64,000 bases of DNA from an uncultured Dehalococcoidia bacterium (lineage in GTDB: Bacteria; Chloroflexota; Dehalococcoidia; Lucifugimonadales; UBA3495): the NCBI GenBank assembly GCA_950072105.1, contig CATMOE010000007.1, positions 23,898-87,897 on the forward strand. The letters are read 5' to 3'. Under the pieces are notes generated by a model. The model was not told where the DNA came from, searched no databases, and saw only the letters and a program-made list of their open reading frames with translations. The translations under genes and the position numbers were made by a program. Every line of letters begins with the position of its first letter. The stretch's first letter is position 1. Shown here piece after piece: positions 48,147 to 57,714 of the stretch.

Positions 48147-48950
48147 CTAACCGGCGTCTTCCAAGGTTGCCACGCTGAAAATCACCTTGAACGGCTTGCA
48201 GAATATAACCACGCTGTTGAACGAGGAAATATCGGCGTCATCTGGGATCGGGTAGTTCTGATTGCCCATGTTCCCCTTGAGCTTGGACAATTCCAGGTGA
48301 CCCGGACCCGTAACTTCGCCCGCTTGTTCAGGGTCTTGAGCACGCGTGAGAATGACCCTAAGGTCGGGGCCGTTGGTTACCTGAAAATCTTCCAGCCTTA
48401 ATAATTGAGAGCCGTCAGCGAGCCGGTAGATCGTGGCGCCGCCGCTCCCTGTGTGAAATCGGTCCTGGTCGCGGAACTGCCCAGACTTAAGTTTGACCGG
48501 TTGGGCAGGCGCTTCGGGCACAGTCTTAGCAACGGCCTCGGGCATGGCGTCCTTCATCGCCGCGGCCACAGTCTGAGTCATCTCCTCTTTCGCAGTGTCG
48601 GTCATCGTTCCTGGCATGGACTTCAAGGCTGCTTCGGCCAATGTCTTCACCACGCTGTCCATGGCCTCCGTGCCCCCCGCTCCCATGGCCTCGCTTAAGC
48701 CCTCTGCCGGATCCAGCGGTGGCGGCATCTCCTCGTTTGCAGATGCGTCTACCTTGGCGATACCGGACATAACCTGCTCTACTTGGGCTCGGGTCATGTC
48801 TGGAGGAACGCTAGCCGTGATAGAGAAAGGAAATTCCTCATCAACAGTGGTGCTGGTTAATAGGGGCGCCAGAAGCCACCAAGCGATGCCGATTATGGGA
48901 ATCAGTATTATGATAGCCAGGATGCCCAGGTTCCGCTTGCGGAGAAGCAT
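48147..48950 (-). CDS. Membrane-anchored DM13 domain protein
   Basis: N-terminal TM, Met/Ala-rich linker, NGPDLRVIL, LKGNMGNQNY, VVIFCKPF. Confidence 0.88.
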   Translation of the reverse strand: MLLRKRNLGILAIIILIPIIGIAWWLLAPLLTSTTVDEEFPFSITASVPPDMTRAQVEQVMSGIAKVDASANEEMPPPLDPAEGLSEAMGAGGTEAMDSVVKTLAEAALKSMPGTMTDTAKEEMTQTVAAAMKDAMPEAVAKTVPEAPAQPVKLKSGQFRDQDRFHTGSGGATIYRLADGSQLLRLEDFQVTNGPDLRVILTRAQDPEQAGEVTGPGHLELSKLKGNMGNQNYPIPDDADISSFNSVVIFCKPFKVIFSVATLEDAG

Positions 48951-48976
48951 CTTCTACTCCTTATAGGGTCGACCGT

Positions 48977-49777
48977 TTATATTCCCTGCCAAACCCGCCG
49001 GTCTTCGCCGCGCACGAACCGGCCAAAACCCGGGTCGGGGAAATGGCCGGCGGAAACCAGGATGCCTTCAACCTCCAGCATGTCCAGTACGGCATGGCGG
49101 GTCAGGCGGGACAACTCCGGGTCTACGTCGAAGATGGGGCTCCAGTCGGTGTAGTGGGCCTGGGCCACGCTGTGAGCCACGTCTCCCAATATGTAGGCGC
49201 GGTGGCCGGCGGATTCGATGACGATGGAGACATGGCCGGGAGTATGGCCCGGCGTCCAGACCGTGGTCAATTCATCGGTGATTTTATGATCGTCTTGAAT
49301 CAAGTCGATCAATCCCAGCTCTTGCAAGGGCAGCACTTGGTTGGTGATGTGGGCGGCCTCCCCCACCACTTCCGGCTTGGTCCAGTAATCCCAGTCCTTT
49401 TGGGGAATCACGTAGCGTGCGTTGGGGAAATTTGGTTTGCCGTTGGTCAAGTTCCAGCCCACGTGGTCGGGATGAAGGTGGGTAAATACCACCAGATCGA
49501 CTTCATCACGGTCGATGCCCTTCTCCCGCATATCGTCCAACAGAGTGCCGTCATCCGCCTGAAGACCCGTATCGACGATGATCAGCTTCCCGCCGGAGCG
49601 CACCGCCACGGTCCCATACCGGCTCCTTACCTGATCGTTGCTGTCCACCAGGCCGGGAAACTCCCGCCACTGCTCTATGGTGGTGTCGGGAAAGGGCATC
49701 ATAGGCGACCTGGTGGGCATACCGTCGTTAAGGGAGATTAACTCAACATTCCCGATGGTGAGTTGATGGTCTGGCAT
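48977..49777 (-). CDS. MBL-fold metallo-hydrolase (lactonase-like)
   Basis: THLHPDHVGW, PGHTPGH, GDVAH, GHFP. Confidence 0.9.
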   Translation of the reverse strand: MPDHQLTIGNVELISLNDGMPTRSPMMPFPDTTIEQWREFPGLVDSNDQVRSRYGTVAVRSGGKLIIVDTGLQADDGTLLDDMREKGIDRDEVDLVVFTHLHPDHVGWNLTNGKPNFPNARYVIPQKDWDYWTKPEVVGEAAHITNQVLPLQELGLIDLIQDDHKITDELTTVWTPGHTPGHVSIVIESAGHRAYILGDVAHSVAQAHYTDWSPIFDVDPELSRLTRHAVLDMLEVEGILVSAGHFPDPGFGRFVRGEDRRVWQGI

Positions 49778-50072
49778 GATTGATCCTCCTCTAAGGAATG
49801 ACCGGAATTTAGCCCGGCCTACGTTTACGCGGGTTGATTGCGTTTGGCAGATGCCTAGTTTGCCACATTTTGGGGAGATTCGCATATGGCGCGGCTAGTG
49901 TGCGGTCTAACCTGCGATGGACTGACCAGATTCGGTGGTCTGTCATTTCGCGGAGTGACGCGACGCTTGAGACGTTTGACAACCTCCCGAAGCCGAGAGT
50001 AACCTCGAATCACCTGATTGAGGCTCAGTTGCCAGGACGGAAACAGCCTGATTCAGGAATCCTGACTTAGGG

Positions 50073-51191
50073 GTGATCCCAGTGGTTGAGACCACGCAAG
50101 CCGCGCTGAAAGTTGGGCCTTCTACGATGGATTTCCGCGGGATGGAGGTCCCGGAGATCGGTCCCGATGCAGCCCTACTGAAGGTGGAAGTCGCCGGTGT
50201 CTGCGGTACCGATGTTAGTCAATACCGCCTCCCGTTGCGGGGAAGTCCCATCATCATGGGCCACGAAAACGTGGGCTACATCGCCAGTGCGGGTAAGCAG
50301 TTCATGGCGCGCAAGGGAGTACAGGAGGGAGACCTGGTGTTCCTTGAGCACTATCTCCCCTGCGGCAATTGCGAATGGGACCATATGGGCGAATACCGGC
50401 ACTGTACCGCCACCGACTGGTTCTACGACGACCATGCCATCAGGTACGGGTATACATCCATCGAAACCGCGCCGGCGCTGTGGGGAGGTTTCAGTCAATA
50501 CTTGTACCTTGCCCCCAACGCCATAATCCACAAGGTGCCCGACGGCGTAACGCCGGAAGAAGCGGGAACGGCGACTCCCATGGCCAATGGTGTCCAGTGG
50601 GCCTTATTCGAGGGCGGAGTAACCTACTCTTCTATAGTCTTGATCCAAGGGCCGGGTCAGCAGGGTATGTGTTGTATCATCGCCTCCAAGCACGCCGGAG
50701 CCGACTGTATCATCGTCACCGGAACATCCAAGGACGGAAAGCGGCTGGAAGTGGCCAAGGCCATGGGCGCGGACTACGTTATCAACATCAACGACGAAGA
50801 ACCCCTGGAACGCATCATGGAGATCACTGGCGGACAGGGTATCGATGTATCTGTCGACTGCACCGTCGGCTCCGGCACCGCTCCCACACTGCTGGGAATC
50901 GAAGCCGCCAAACGCCGGGGGGCTACTTTGGTTGTTCAGGGAGAGGATGGCGAGTTCCCCAACTTTCCCATCGGCCGGATGACCAGGAAATACATCACCT
51001 TGAAAAGCGCCCGCGGTCACAGCTACAAGTCGGTAGAGGTGGGACTGCACCAGATCGCTTCCCGCCGCTTTCCGCTGGATCTGATGACTACCCACTCATT
51101 CGGGCTATCAGAAGTGGATTACGCCATCAAGTCCGTCACCGGCGAAGGGGCGCCCGGCGCTATCCACGTTTCTGTGTATCCGTGGCGTTAG
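50073..51191 (+). CDS. Zinc-dependent alcohol dehydrogenase (MDR family)
   Basis: GVCGTD, GHE, CGNC, GPGQQG. Confidence 0.9.
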   Translation: MIPVVETTQAALKVGPSTMDFRGMEVPEIGPDAALLKVEVAGVCGTDVSQYRLPLRGSPIIMGHENVGYIASAGKQFMARKGVQEGDLVFLEHYLPCGNCEWDHMGEYRHCTATDWFYDDHAIRYGYTSIETAPALWGGFSQYLYLAPNAIIHKVPDGVTPEEAGTATPMANGVQWALFEGGVTYSSIVLIQGPGQQGMCCIIASKHAGADCIIVTGTSKDGKRLEVAKAMGADYVININDEEPLERIMEITGGQGIDVSVDCTVGSGTAPTLLGIEAAKRRGATLVVQGEDGEFPNFPIGRMTRKYITLKSARGHSYKSVEVGLHQIASRRFPLDLMTTHSFGLSEVDYAIKSVTGEGAPGAIHVSVYPWR

Positions 51192-51208
51192 GCTGAGGAG
51201 GTTCTCTA

Positions 51209-52492
51209 ATGGTATCCGTTAAGGACAATGAAACACTCACAAGGGTGGGACCTGACACGCCGATGGGGGAACTTATGCGGCGCTATTGGCAGCCGGTGGC
51301 GTTGTCGTGGGAGTTGCCGGAGCCGGATTGTCCGCCGGTTCGAGTTCGCATCCTTGGCGAGGACCTGGTGGCCTTCCGTGGGACCAGCGGCCGAGTCGGC
51401 CTCATTGATGAATGGTGCGCTCACCGCCGTACCTCGCTGTGGCTGGGCCGCAACGAGGAGGAAGGGCTGCGTTGCGTGTTTCACGGCTGGAAGTACGACT
51501 ACACCGGCCAGTGCATCGAAATGCCCAATGAGCTGCCCGAATACGACTTCAAGGAAAAGGTAAAGATCAAGGCGTACCCAACACAAGAGATGGGCGGCGT
51601 GGTATGGGCCTATATGGGGCCGAAGGAAAAACAGCCGCCGGCGCCCAGCTTTGAGTGGACCCGCCAGCCGGAAACCCACCTACACGTATCCAAAGGCTTG
51701 CAGGAATGCAACTGGCTCCAGGCATTGGAAGGGGGCCTGGACTCGGTTCACACGTCATTCCTCCACCGAAAGTTTGAGGGTAGCAGCCGCGCCGGATTGG
51801 GCGGCATGCGGGCCCAGGCGACCGCCGCCAAACTGGATGTCAGGACCACATCCTATGGCTACACTTACGCGTCGCTACGTCCCCTGGGCGAGGACAAAGG
51901 CAACTATGTCCGGACCTACCATTACGTTATGCCCAATCATCAGATCCGGGCTATCCAGGAACACACCCCGGAAGGCGTTAGAACAAAGTTCAAGATGGGC
52001 GGGCATATGTGGGTGCCTGTAGACGACGAAAACTGCATGACCTGGAACTGGTACTACAGTTTGGATGCCCCCTTGGAAGCTCAGGAACGGGACGAGTCTT
52101 TCTGGGGCAACGGTCCCAGCTTCTTCGATGAAAAGAACGGATTCCGGTCCTATCGGAACAAGCGCAACAGTTGGCAGATCGACCGTGACGTCCAGAAGAC
52201 CGAGACATTCTCCGGTGTTGAGGGCGTGAACCAGCAGGACCGGGCGGTCCAAGAGGCGATGGGGCCCATCGTCGACCGCAGCAAAGAGATGCTAAGCCAA
52301 ACGGACAAGGCGATCGTCGCGGCGCGCCGGCTGCTCCTGAACGGGGCCAAAACCGTGGAAGATGGGGGCATTCCCCCAGCCGCTGACGATTCTTATTATG
52401 ATATTCGCGCCATCGAGTGCGTGTTGCCGTCCGACGCCCAATGGTTGGATACTCTCAAAGACCAGATGTACCCAACGGGCGCGCCATTTTAG
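51209..52492 (+). CDS. Rieske oxygenase alpha subunit (phthalate 4,5-dioxygenase-like)
   Basis: Rieske CAHR..CVFHGWKYD; iron site DSVHTSFLH..QQDRAVQE. Confidence 0.9.
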   Translation: MVSVKDNETLTRVGPDTPMGELMRRYWQPVALSWELPEPDCPPVRVRILGEDLVAFRGTSGRVGLIDEWCAHRRTSLWLGRNEEEGLRCVFHGWKYDYTGQCIEMPNELPEYDFKEKVKIKAYPTQEMGGVVWAYMGPKEKQPPAPSFEWTRQPETHLHVSKGLQECNWLQALEGGLDSVHTSFLHRKFEGSSRAGLGGMRAQATAAKLDVRTTSYGYTYASLRPLGEDKGNYVRTYHYVMPNHQIRAIQEHTPEGVRTKFKMGGHMWVPVDDENCMTWNWYYSLDAPLEAQERDESFWGNGPSFFDEKNGFRSYRNKRNSWQIDRDVQKTETFSGVEGVNQQDRAVQEAMGPIVDRSKEMLSQTDKAIVAARRLLLNGAKTVEDGGIPPAADDSYYDIRAIECVLPSDAQWLDTLKDQMYPTGAPF

Positions 52493-52539
52493 AGTCCGGA
52501 TGGGAAGGCCGCGTCGGCCTTAGAACCAGCCAACAGTAG

Positions 52540-52567
52540 AAACCCCCTGAAATTTCAGGGGGTTTTT
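52540..52567 (+). terminator. Intrinsic terminator
   Basis: AAACCCCCTGAAATTTCAGGGGGTTTTT palindrome with a T-run. Confidence 0.8.
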
Positions 52568-52763
52568 CCTTTAGACACGCCATGGACGCTGCCGTTAAGA
52601 TTCGTTGATCGAAAGAAGAGCAGAGGGGCCGGGCTAATTGTGACCAACGCCACATTTCAACCGGACATCAATCACAGAACCTTCCTCCGAAGCTGCCTAG
52701 AATGATGTTAATGCTTCTGCCAACAAACAGAGGCGGAAATGACAAACGTAGGAGGAACGTAAG

Positions 52764-53219
52764 ATGCGTGGATTCATAAAAAAGGCCATGGGAAAGACAA
52801 ACAATCGGGAGAGCGGCTTCACCTTGATCGAGTTGCTGGTGGTCATCGGCATCATCGTAGCCCTGGCGGCGATCACCGTGCCCCTAGTGACCAAGTTCGC
52901 CGGCAAAGGCGACGAGGGTGCTCTAAAAGCTGAAACCGAAACCGTGCAGAGCGCGATGAACGCCATGATGGCGGACAAGGGCATCGTTGCGGTAACCGCC
53001 AACGACAAAGACACCACCAGCAACGGACAGAACACCTGGACCGCCTTGCCCGCCGGTACTGGCGCCGCGACCCTGGACGGATACCTGAAAAAGAACGGTA
53101 CCAAGTTCTTCTACTGCTGGGACACCAAGGGTAACGTCTACGCCCAGAACAAGACCGACGGTGTGGAAGCGGTGCCCGACGACGCCAAAGCCGCCGCCGC
53201 CTGCGCCACTCCAGCCTAG
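52764..53219 (+). CDS. Type IV pilin (prepilin with N-methylation motif)
   Basis: ESG|FTLIELLVVIGII; two C-terminal Cys; AGGAGG RBS. Confidence 0.9.
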   Translation: MRGFIKKAMGKTNNRESGFTLIELLVVIGIIVALAAITVPLVTKFAGKGDEGALKAETETVQSAMNAMMADKGIVAVTANDKDTTSNGQNTWTALPAGTGAATLDGYLKKNGTKFFYCWDTKGNVYAQNKTDGVEAVPDDAKAAAACATPA

Positions 53220-53253
53220 TCTGCCCCGGCGACAGTCCTCTACTCTCCGCATC

Positions 53254-53292
53254 AAGGCCCGCCCCGGAACATTCGGGGCGGGCCTTCTTTGT
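53254..53292 (+). terminator. Intrinsic terminator after the pilin gene
   Basis: AAGGCCCGCCCCG/CGGGGCGGGCCTT followed by CTTTGT. Confidence 0.8.
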
Positions 53293-53546
53293 CGACTGAA
53301 ATGAGTTGTAGGTGACGAACGGGCAGACCGCGATCCCGACTTGGTGAAAGTGAGCAATGTCATCGCTCTGGAAAGGTCATGCTGAGCCAGCCGCAGCGCC
53401 GAAGCATCTGGGGCAGGGCGGCCTCACTGCCTCCCCAGGGCCATCGTTCTTACAGCGAAGGACTCGGGTTGACAATGTAGCGTCAATTTTCCAGGGATTG
53501 ACAGGTTGGTGGAATCGGGCGAGCCCCCAATCAACTCGGCGAAGAA

Positions 53547-54305
53547 CTAGGTTTCTAACTTGGTCGTGACCATATACAGCCAAGTCGCACCCAGCTCAAA
53601 TGGTTCCCAGTCCAGAGACCCATAGGCTTGGTGGTTGCCGAAGCCTGCTTCTTCAAGCATGGCGCAGAGTTCCCGGTAGGTGTATAGGCGCAGGGATAGA
53701 GATTTCTTCTCGATCTGGTTGCCCTGAATGAACGTCCATTCCGACTCTACCCGGCTGGTCACATGGTCGAAACCGCGCTCTTCCAGAGCTAGGAGATCTC
53801 CCACCGGCCACCAGATCCGCTCTTGGGATTCCATCTCGGGAAGGCGTGTCTCTATCAAGGGAGTATCTAGCAGGAAAGGCGCACCCGGCTTCAGGGAATC
53901 GGCGACGGCTTTCAGGAATTCAAGATTACCCGCGTCGTCGAAATACCCAAAGCTGCTCCAGAAGCAAAAGGCCCCATCGAACTCGCCCGGCCAAGGGAGG
54001 TCCCGCATGTCCCGCTGCTCAACGGTAACAGGGGACCGCCCAACATCGATCTGGCTTTTGGCGTCCTCCAATAGAGAGGGGCTCAGATCCACGCCGGTGA
54101 CTCGATAACCCCGGGCAGCCATCTCCAAGGTAAGGCGCCCGCCGCCGCAGGGCACATCCAGCAGACGCGCCTCTAATGGGAGTCCCAGCGCTTCTTGGAT
54201 GAAGTCTGCTTCGGCAAGCGTATCCTCGGCGTCTCGCGAATGGCGGACGAAGTCCAAGGCGAGACCCGAGAAGAAGTCCTGCCACCAGCCGGTGCGACTG
54301 GTCAC
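53547..54305 (-). CDS. Class I SAM-dependent methyltransferase
   Basis: LLDVPCGGGR, VTGVDLS, DMRDL, SSFGYF, LKPG. Confidence 0.9.
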   Translation of the reverse strand: MTSRTGWWQDFFSGLALDFVRHSRDAEDTLAEADFIQEALGLPLEARLLDVPCGGGRLTLEMAARGYRVTGVDLSPSLLEDAKSQIDVGRSPVTVEQRDMRDLPWPGEFDGAFCFWSSFGYFDDAGNLEFLKAVADSLKPGAPFLLDTPLIETRLPEMESQERIWWPVGDLLALEERGFDHVTSRVESEWTFIQGNQIEKKSLSLRLYTYRELCAMLEEAGFGNHQAYGSLDWEPFELGATWLYMVTTKLET

Positions 54306-54339
54306 TGGACGTGGCCGTTGAGCAATAGCATCTTAGAGT

Positions 54340-54732
54340 TCAGGTGCGTTGCACCAACTCTATGAGTACGTCGTCAGGGCCTTCGATGTAGGCCAAGCGC
54401 GTGCCACCGACTACGTCGGTGCGGGGCAGCACGATGCGGGCGCCGGCCTCTTTCAACCGGATCAGTTCCGCGTCCAGGTCTTCGACGTCGAAGCCGAAGT
54501 GCTCCAAGCCCAAGTGGGTCAACTCGGCGGACCCCTTTTCTTTGGACGCGCCCTCAGGTTGCGACGAGATGTTGAGCCGTACCGGCCCGCCCATCTTCAT
54601 CCCTATGGTGATCGTCCCCGGCATCACTTCTCTTTCCGAAACGATCTCGGCGTTGAAGTACTTCTCGTACCATAAGGCGGAAGCTTTTGGGTCCGACGCT
54701 CTGATGTGAACGTGGTTGATTTGGTATTCCAT
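54340..54732 (-). CDS. VOC/glyoxalase family protein
   Basis: INHVHI, LEHFGFDV, GPDDVLIEL. Confidence 0.88.
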   Translation of the reverse strand: MEYQINHVHIRASDPKASALWYEKYFNAEIVSEREVMPGTITIGMKMGGPVRLNISSQPEGASKEKGSAELTHLGLEHFGFDVEDLDAELIRLKEAGARIVLPRTDVVGGTRLAYIEGPDDVLIELVQRT

Positions 54733-54777
54733 GATTATCTCCGCGTCTGCTTAATATGTTGTCTCTAAGGCGTGGAT

Positions 54778-55728
54778 CTATAGGGGGCGTTGTTTGGACC
54801 CTGGAGGACCCGTGCCATCACGGATGTCCTTGGCGGTCAGTTCGTCCACGCCCTTGGGCCAGCGGCGTTTCAGGGCATCAGTCACTTGGATGGTGAACCG
54901 GCCCGGCCCCTCAACCTCCACGTCGATGCTGTCCCCGCCCTGCATCGCGCCCAGTCCCTGGTGGTTGGTGCCCATGAACAGGACGTCTCCGGGGCCGAAG
55001 CTTTCCAGGGCGTTGGCCCATTCGATGGACTCGGGGATGGAGTGGGCCAAGTCGTCGGTGTTGTAGTTGACCCGCAGTTCCCCGTCCACCCAAAGACGGA
55101 TCTGCAGGTGATGAGGGTCCGGGATCTCGTCCTTGGTCACGATACAAGGGCCAAGGGGGCAGAAAGTTGGGAAAGACTTCCACGGCGAGATGGGCATGGA
55201 GGTGGTGTTCCTACCTCCACCGGGGCGTGCGTTGGCCGGCAACCGGGCGGAAACGTCTATTCCGGCCGTATAGCCGAAGACGTGGTCCATGGCGTCGGCC
55301 TGGCTAACGCCGCTACCGGCTTTCCCGAAGACCAGGACCAGCTCTGCCTCATGATGAAAGATGTTGATGTCGTCTGGCGGGAGGACAACGGTGCCGCCGG
55401 GGCCGATCACGGCGTCGGACGATTTCAAGAAGCCCCACATGGGGGACGCTTCCCGGTTGCCGAACTCCAGGTAATTTCCGCCCATGCACAGGACCTTATT
55501 TGGATTTGGCAACGGTGACTGGAGCGTCACGCTGGACAGGGGTGTTGCGTTGCCCTCGGCTTGCAGTTGATCCAGGCCGGAGCGGATATCGTCGAGATGT
55601 GTGATGATCGCTTCCATGGCCGCCTGTCCGCTGGATGCGCCCAACGCACTGGTCACTCCGCTGATATCCACCACGCCGTCGTCTCTGAGCAATCCGGGAC
55701 GGCCATCGTCGTATATGACAAACTTCAT
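54778..55728 (-). CDS. Fumarylacetoacetate hydrolase family protein
   Basis: GGNY, HHEAEL, FGYTAGIDVSAR, KSFPTFCPLGP, GDVLFMGT. Confidence 0.9.
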   Translation of the reverse strand: MKFVIYDDGRPGLLRDDGVVDISGVTSALGASSGQAAMEAIITHLDDIRSGLDQLQAEGNATPLSSVTLQSPLPNPNKVLCMGGNYLEFGNREASPMWGFLKSSDAVIGPGGTVVLPPDDINIFHHEAELVLVFGKAGSGVSQADAMDHVFGYTAGIDVSARLPANARPGGGRNTTSMPISPWKSFPTFCPLGPCIVTKDEIPDPHHLQIRLWVDGELRVNYNTDDLAHSIPESIEWANALESFGPGDVLFMGTNHQGLGAMQGGDSIDVEVEGPGRFTIQVTDALKRRWPKGVDELTAKDIRDGTGPPGSKQRPL

Positions 55729-55804
55729 TGGGATCCTCCTGCTGATGTCCTAAGTGGGCTGGCGTCGAATGATCAAATCAACTAATTTTATCGTCTGGGA
55801 TCCA

Positions 55805-56605
55805 TCAACCGCCCTTAACCTGGCGGCCTTCCCGCACATCGTCAGCGTAAGCGTTGATGGCATCGAAGGCGGCCCGGGCCACGTTCGTATACCGGTCTGC
55901 GTCGTTATCCAGAGCGGTGGCGGCGGAGCCTATGGCGGTTTGCACCAACCTGACCCGGCCGTCCAGCCAGGGACCGCCGCCCATGCCACCTATCACGGGA
56001 ATCGACACCGCTTGGGTGACCGCTGGGCCTGCCACGGGTCCTGAGTGGGTGAAGTCGAGAAGGGAAGCGCCGGACTCCTCCAACAGCTTGGCTTCGCGAA
56101 CCAGCTGGTCCTTCATCTGAGCCGCAATATCAGTGCTGGCCAAGTCGATGCCGCCGATATGTTGGGCAGTCTGGGGGGTGATCCCAAATTGGGCGAAGAC
56201 CGGGATTCCGGCGCGGACGACGGCTCGGACGGCTTCTGGAAAGTCGGCCGCGCCGTCCAGCTTGACCATGTCGGCGCCGCCCTCTTTGACCAACCGGACC
56301 GCGGCTCGAACCGCCTCTTCTGTGCTCTCCTGGACCGGACCGAAGGAGATGTCACAACTCACCAGAGCCCGTTTGACGCCTCGCCGCACCGCCTGACAGG
56401 CCAGGACCATCTGGTCCATGGTAACTTCTAACAGATTAGACTGGCCCCACATATTGTTGCCCACCGAGTCGCCCACGGATACGATGTCGACGCCGGCGCG
56501 GTCCACGATCTGGGCGATCTGATAGTCGTAGGCTACGACGCCCACGATCTTCCGTCCGTCGCGTTTCATCTGCTGCAGCATGGGAACCGTGACTTTACTT
56601 TCCAT
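55805..56605 (-). CDS. PanB-like (ketopantoate hydroxymethyltransferase family), divergent
   Basis: AYDY, VGDS, KEGGADMVKLDG, GITPQ, IPVIG; active-site changes are described in findings. Confidence 0.8.
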   Translation of the reverse strand: MESKVTVPMLQQMKRDGRKIVGVVAYDYQIAQIVDRAGVDIVSVGDSVGNNMWGQSNLLEVTMDQMVLACQAVRRGVKRALVSCDISFGPVQESTEEAVRAAVRLVKEGGADMVKLDGAADFPEAVRAVVRAGIPVFAQFGITPQTAQHIGGIDLASTDIAAQMKDQLVREAKLLEESGASLLDFTHSGPVAGPAVTQAVSIPVIGGMGGGPWLDGRVRLVQTAIGSAATALDNDADRYTNVARAAFDAINAYADDVREGRQVKGG

Positions 56606-56683
56606 CGTCTTCCCTTCGTCTGTTTGGATAGAATGCCGGATCGTTACGGCGACTGATCGCTCTGATCAACGTTGAAGGTGAGG

Positions 56684-57616
56684 TTACAGCTTCAGCGTAC
56701 TCGGCGCGAACACCGACTCTGGGTCGATCCTTTCCGTGAGCACTTTCTGGTCCAGGTTGAATTGGATAAATGTCTCCAGGGTCTTTTGGGCTGCCTCGAA
56801 GCCATAAGGCATGGGATCATCCCCGACCACTTTAGCCATCTCCAGCATCGCTTGGTCCTGGGGAGAATCGTGCTCGCCGGAGCGCAGACCCTTCAGGTAG
56901 GTCTCCTTAGCCTGTTTAAACACCCCGAATAGCTCCGCTGGGAGCCAAGGGTTGGCCGCTATTACCTCGTTCTTGATCACTAAAGTGTGGTTGATTGGAT
57001 AGACACCGGTAGACTTGAAGTATTCGATGCCCGCGTTGCGAGCGTCGGGGATCAAGGGCTGGACGTCGGGAGAGTCGACGGCGCCGGCGCCTATAGCCGC
57101 GTCGATCTCTCCCGAAACCAACATCGAGGCAAGGTCGCCGTCGCCCATTGGGACCACATTCGGTGGGTACACGTACTCCGCGACGTGGTCGTCGCCGGAT
57201 AACACCCAGGTGACTTTGTTCAAGTCCACGCCGTAAACCGATTGTAAGATGCCGCGTACCCATACACCGGTAGTCACGGTGTAACCTCGAACCCCGACTC
57301 GGCGTCCTTCCAGGTCCTTGGGTGATTGAATGCCAGACTTGGTGTTATAGCTGATGGCGCCGTGGTGAAAGCCCCGGACCAAGAAGATGGGGATGGCGGT
57401 GAAGGGTTTGTTATGGGCTCTGGAGCACAGATAGGTAGAGAGGGCCAACTCCGCCACGTCGAACTCCAATCCCCGGACCATCCTTCGGAAGATGGCAATG
57501 ACCGGTGAGACTTCGACGTGATCTAGGTCGAAGCGATCGGAGTTGGCGGCGCCGTCCTTGAGCGGTTTGGTGTGGCCGTAGTTACCAACCGCGGTGTGCA
57601 GACTCAAAGCTGCCAT
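56684..57616 (-). CDS. 4,5-dihydroxyphthalate decarboxylase-like (PBP2 fold) protein
   Basis: FDVAELALSTY, AIPIF, TTGVWVRGIL, YPINH, DPMPYG. Confidence 0.82.
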   Translation of the reverse strand: MAALSLHTAVGNYGHTKPLKDGAANSDRFDLDHVEVSPVIAIFRRMVRGLEFDVAELALSTYLCSRAHNKPFTAIPIFLVRGFHHGAISYNTKSGIQSPKDLEGRRVGVRGYTVTTGVWVRGILQSVYGVDLNKVTWVLSGDDHVAEYVYPPNVVPMGDGDLASMLVSGEIDAAIGAGAVDSPDVQPLIPDARNAGIEYFKSTGVYPINHTLVIKNEVIAANPWLPAELFGVFKQAKETYLKGLRSGEHDSPQDQAMLEMAKVVGDDPMPYGFEAAQKTLETFIQFNLDQKVLTERIDPESVFAPSTLKL

Positions 57617-57714
57617 GAGATTCACCCCACTTTACGTATCGGCTGCGTTATCTTGCTTTTGCGTCCTTCGGATTCCTGAGGCACAGTAGATGACGGGCTC
57701 TTTCTGGTCACCGC

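Noticed and set aside
52570..52760. c-di-GMP riboswitch upstream of the pilin
   Set aside because: The GEMM consensus (GGCAAA..GAAA..GACGCAAAG) is not found
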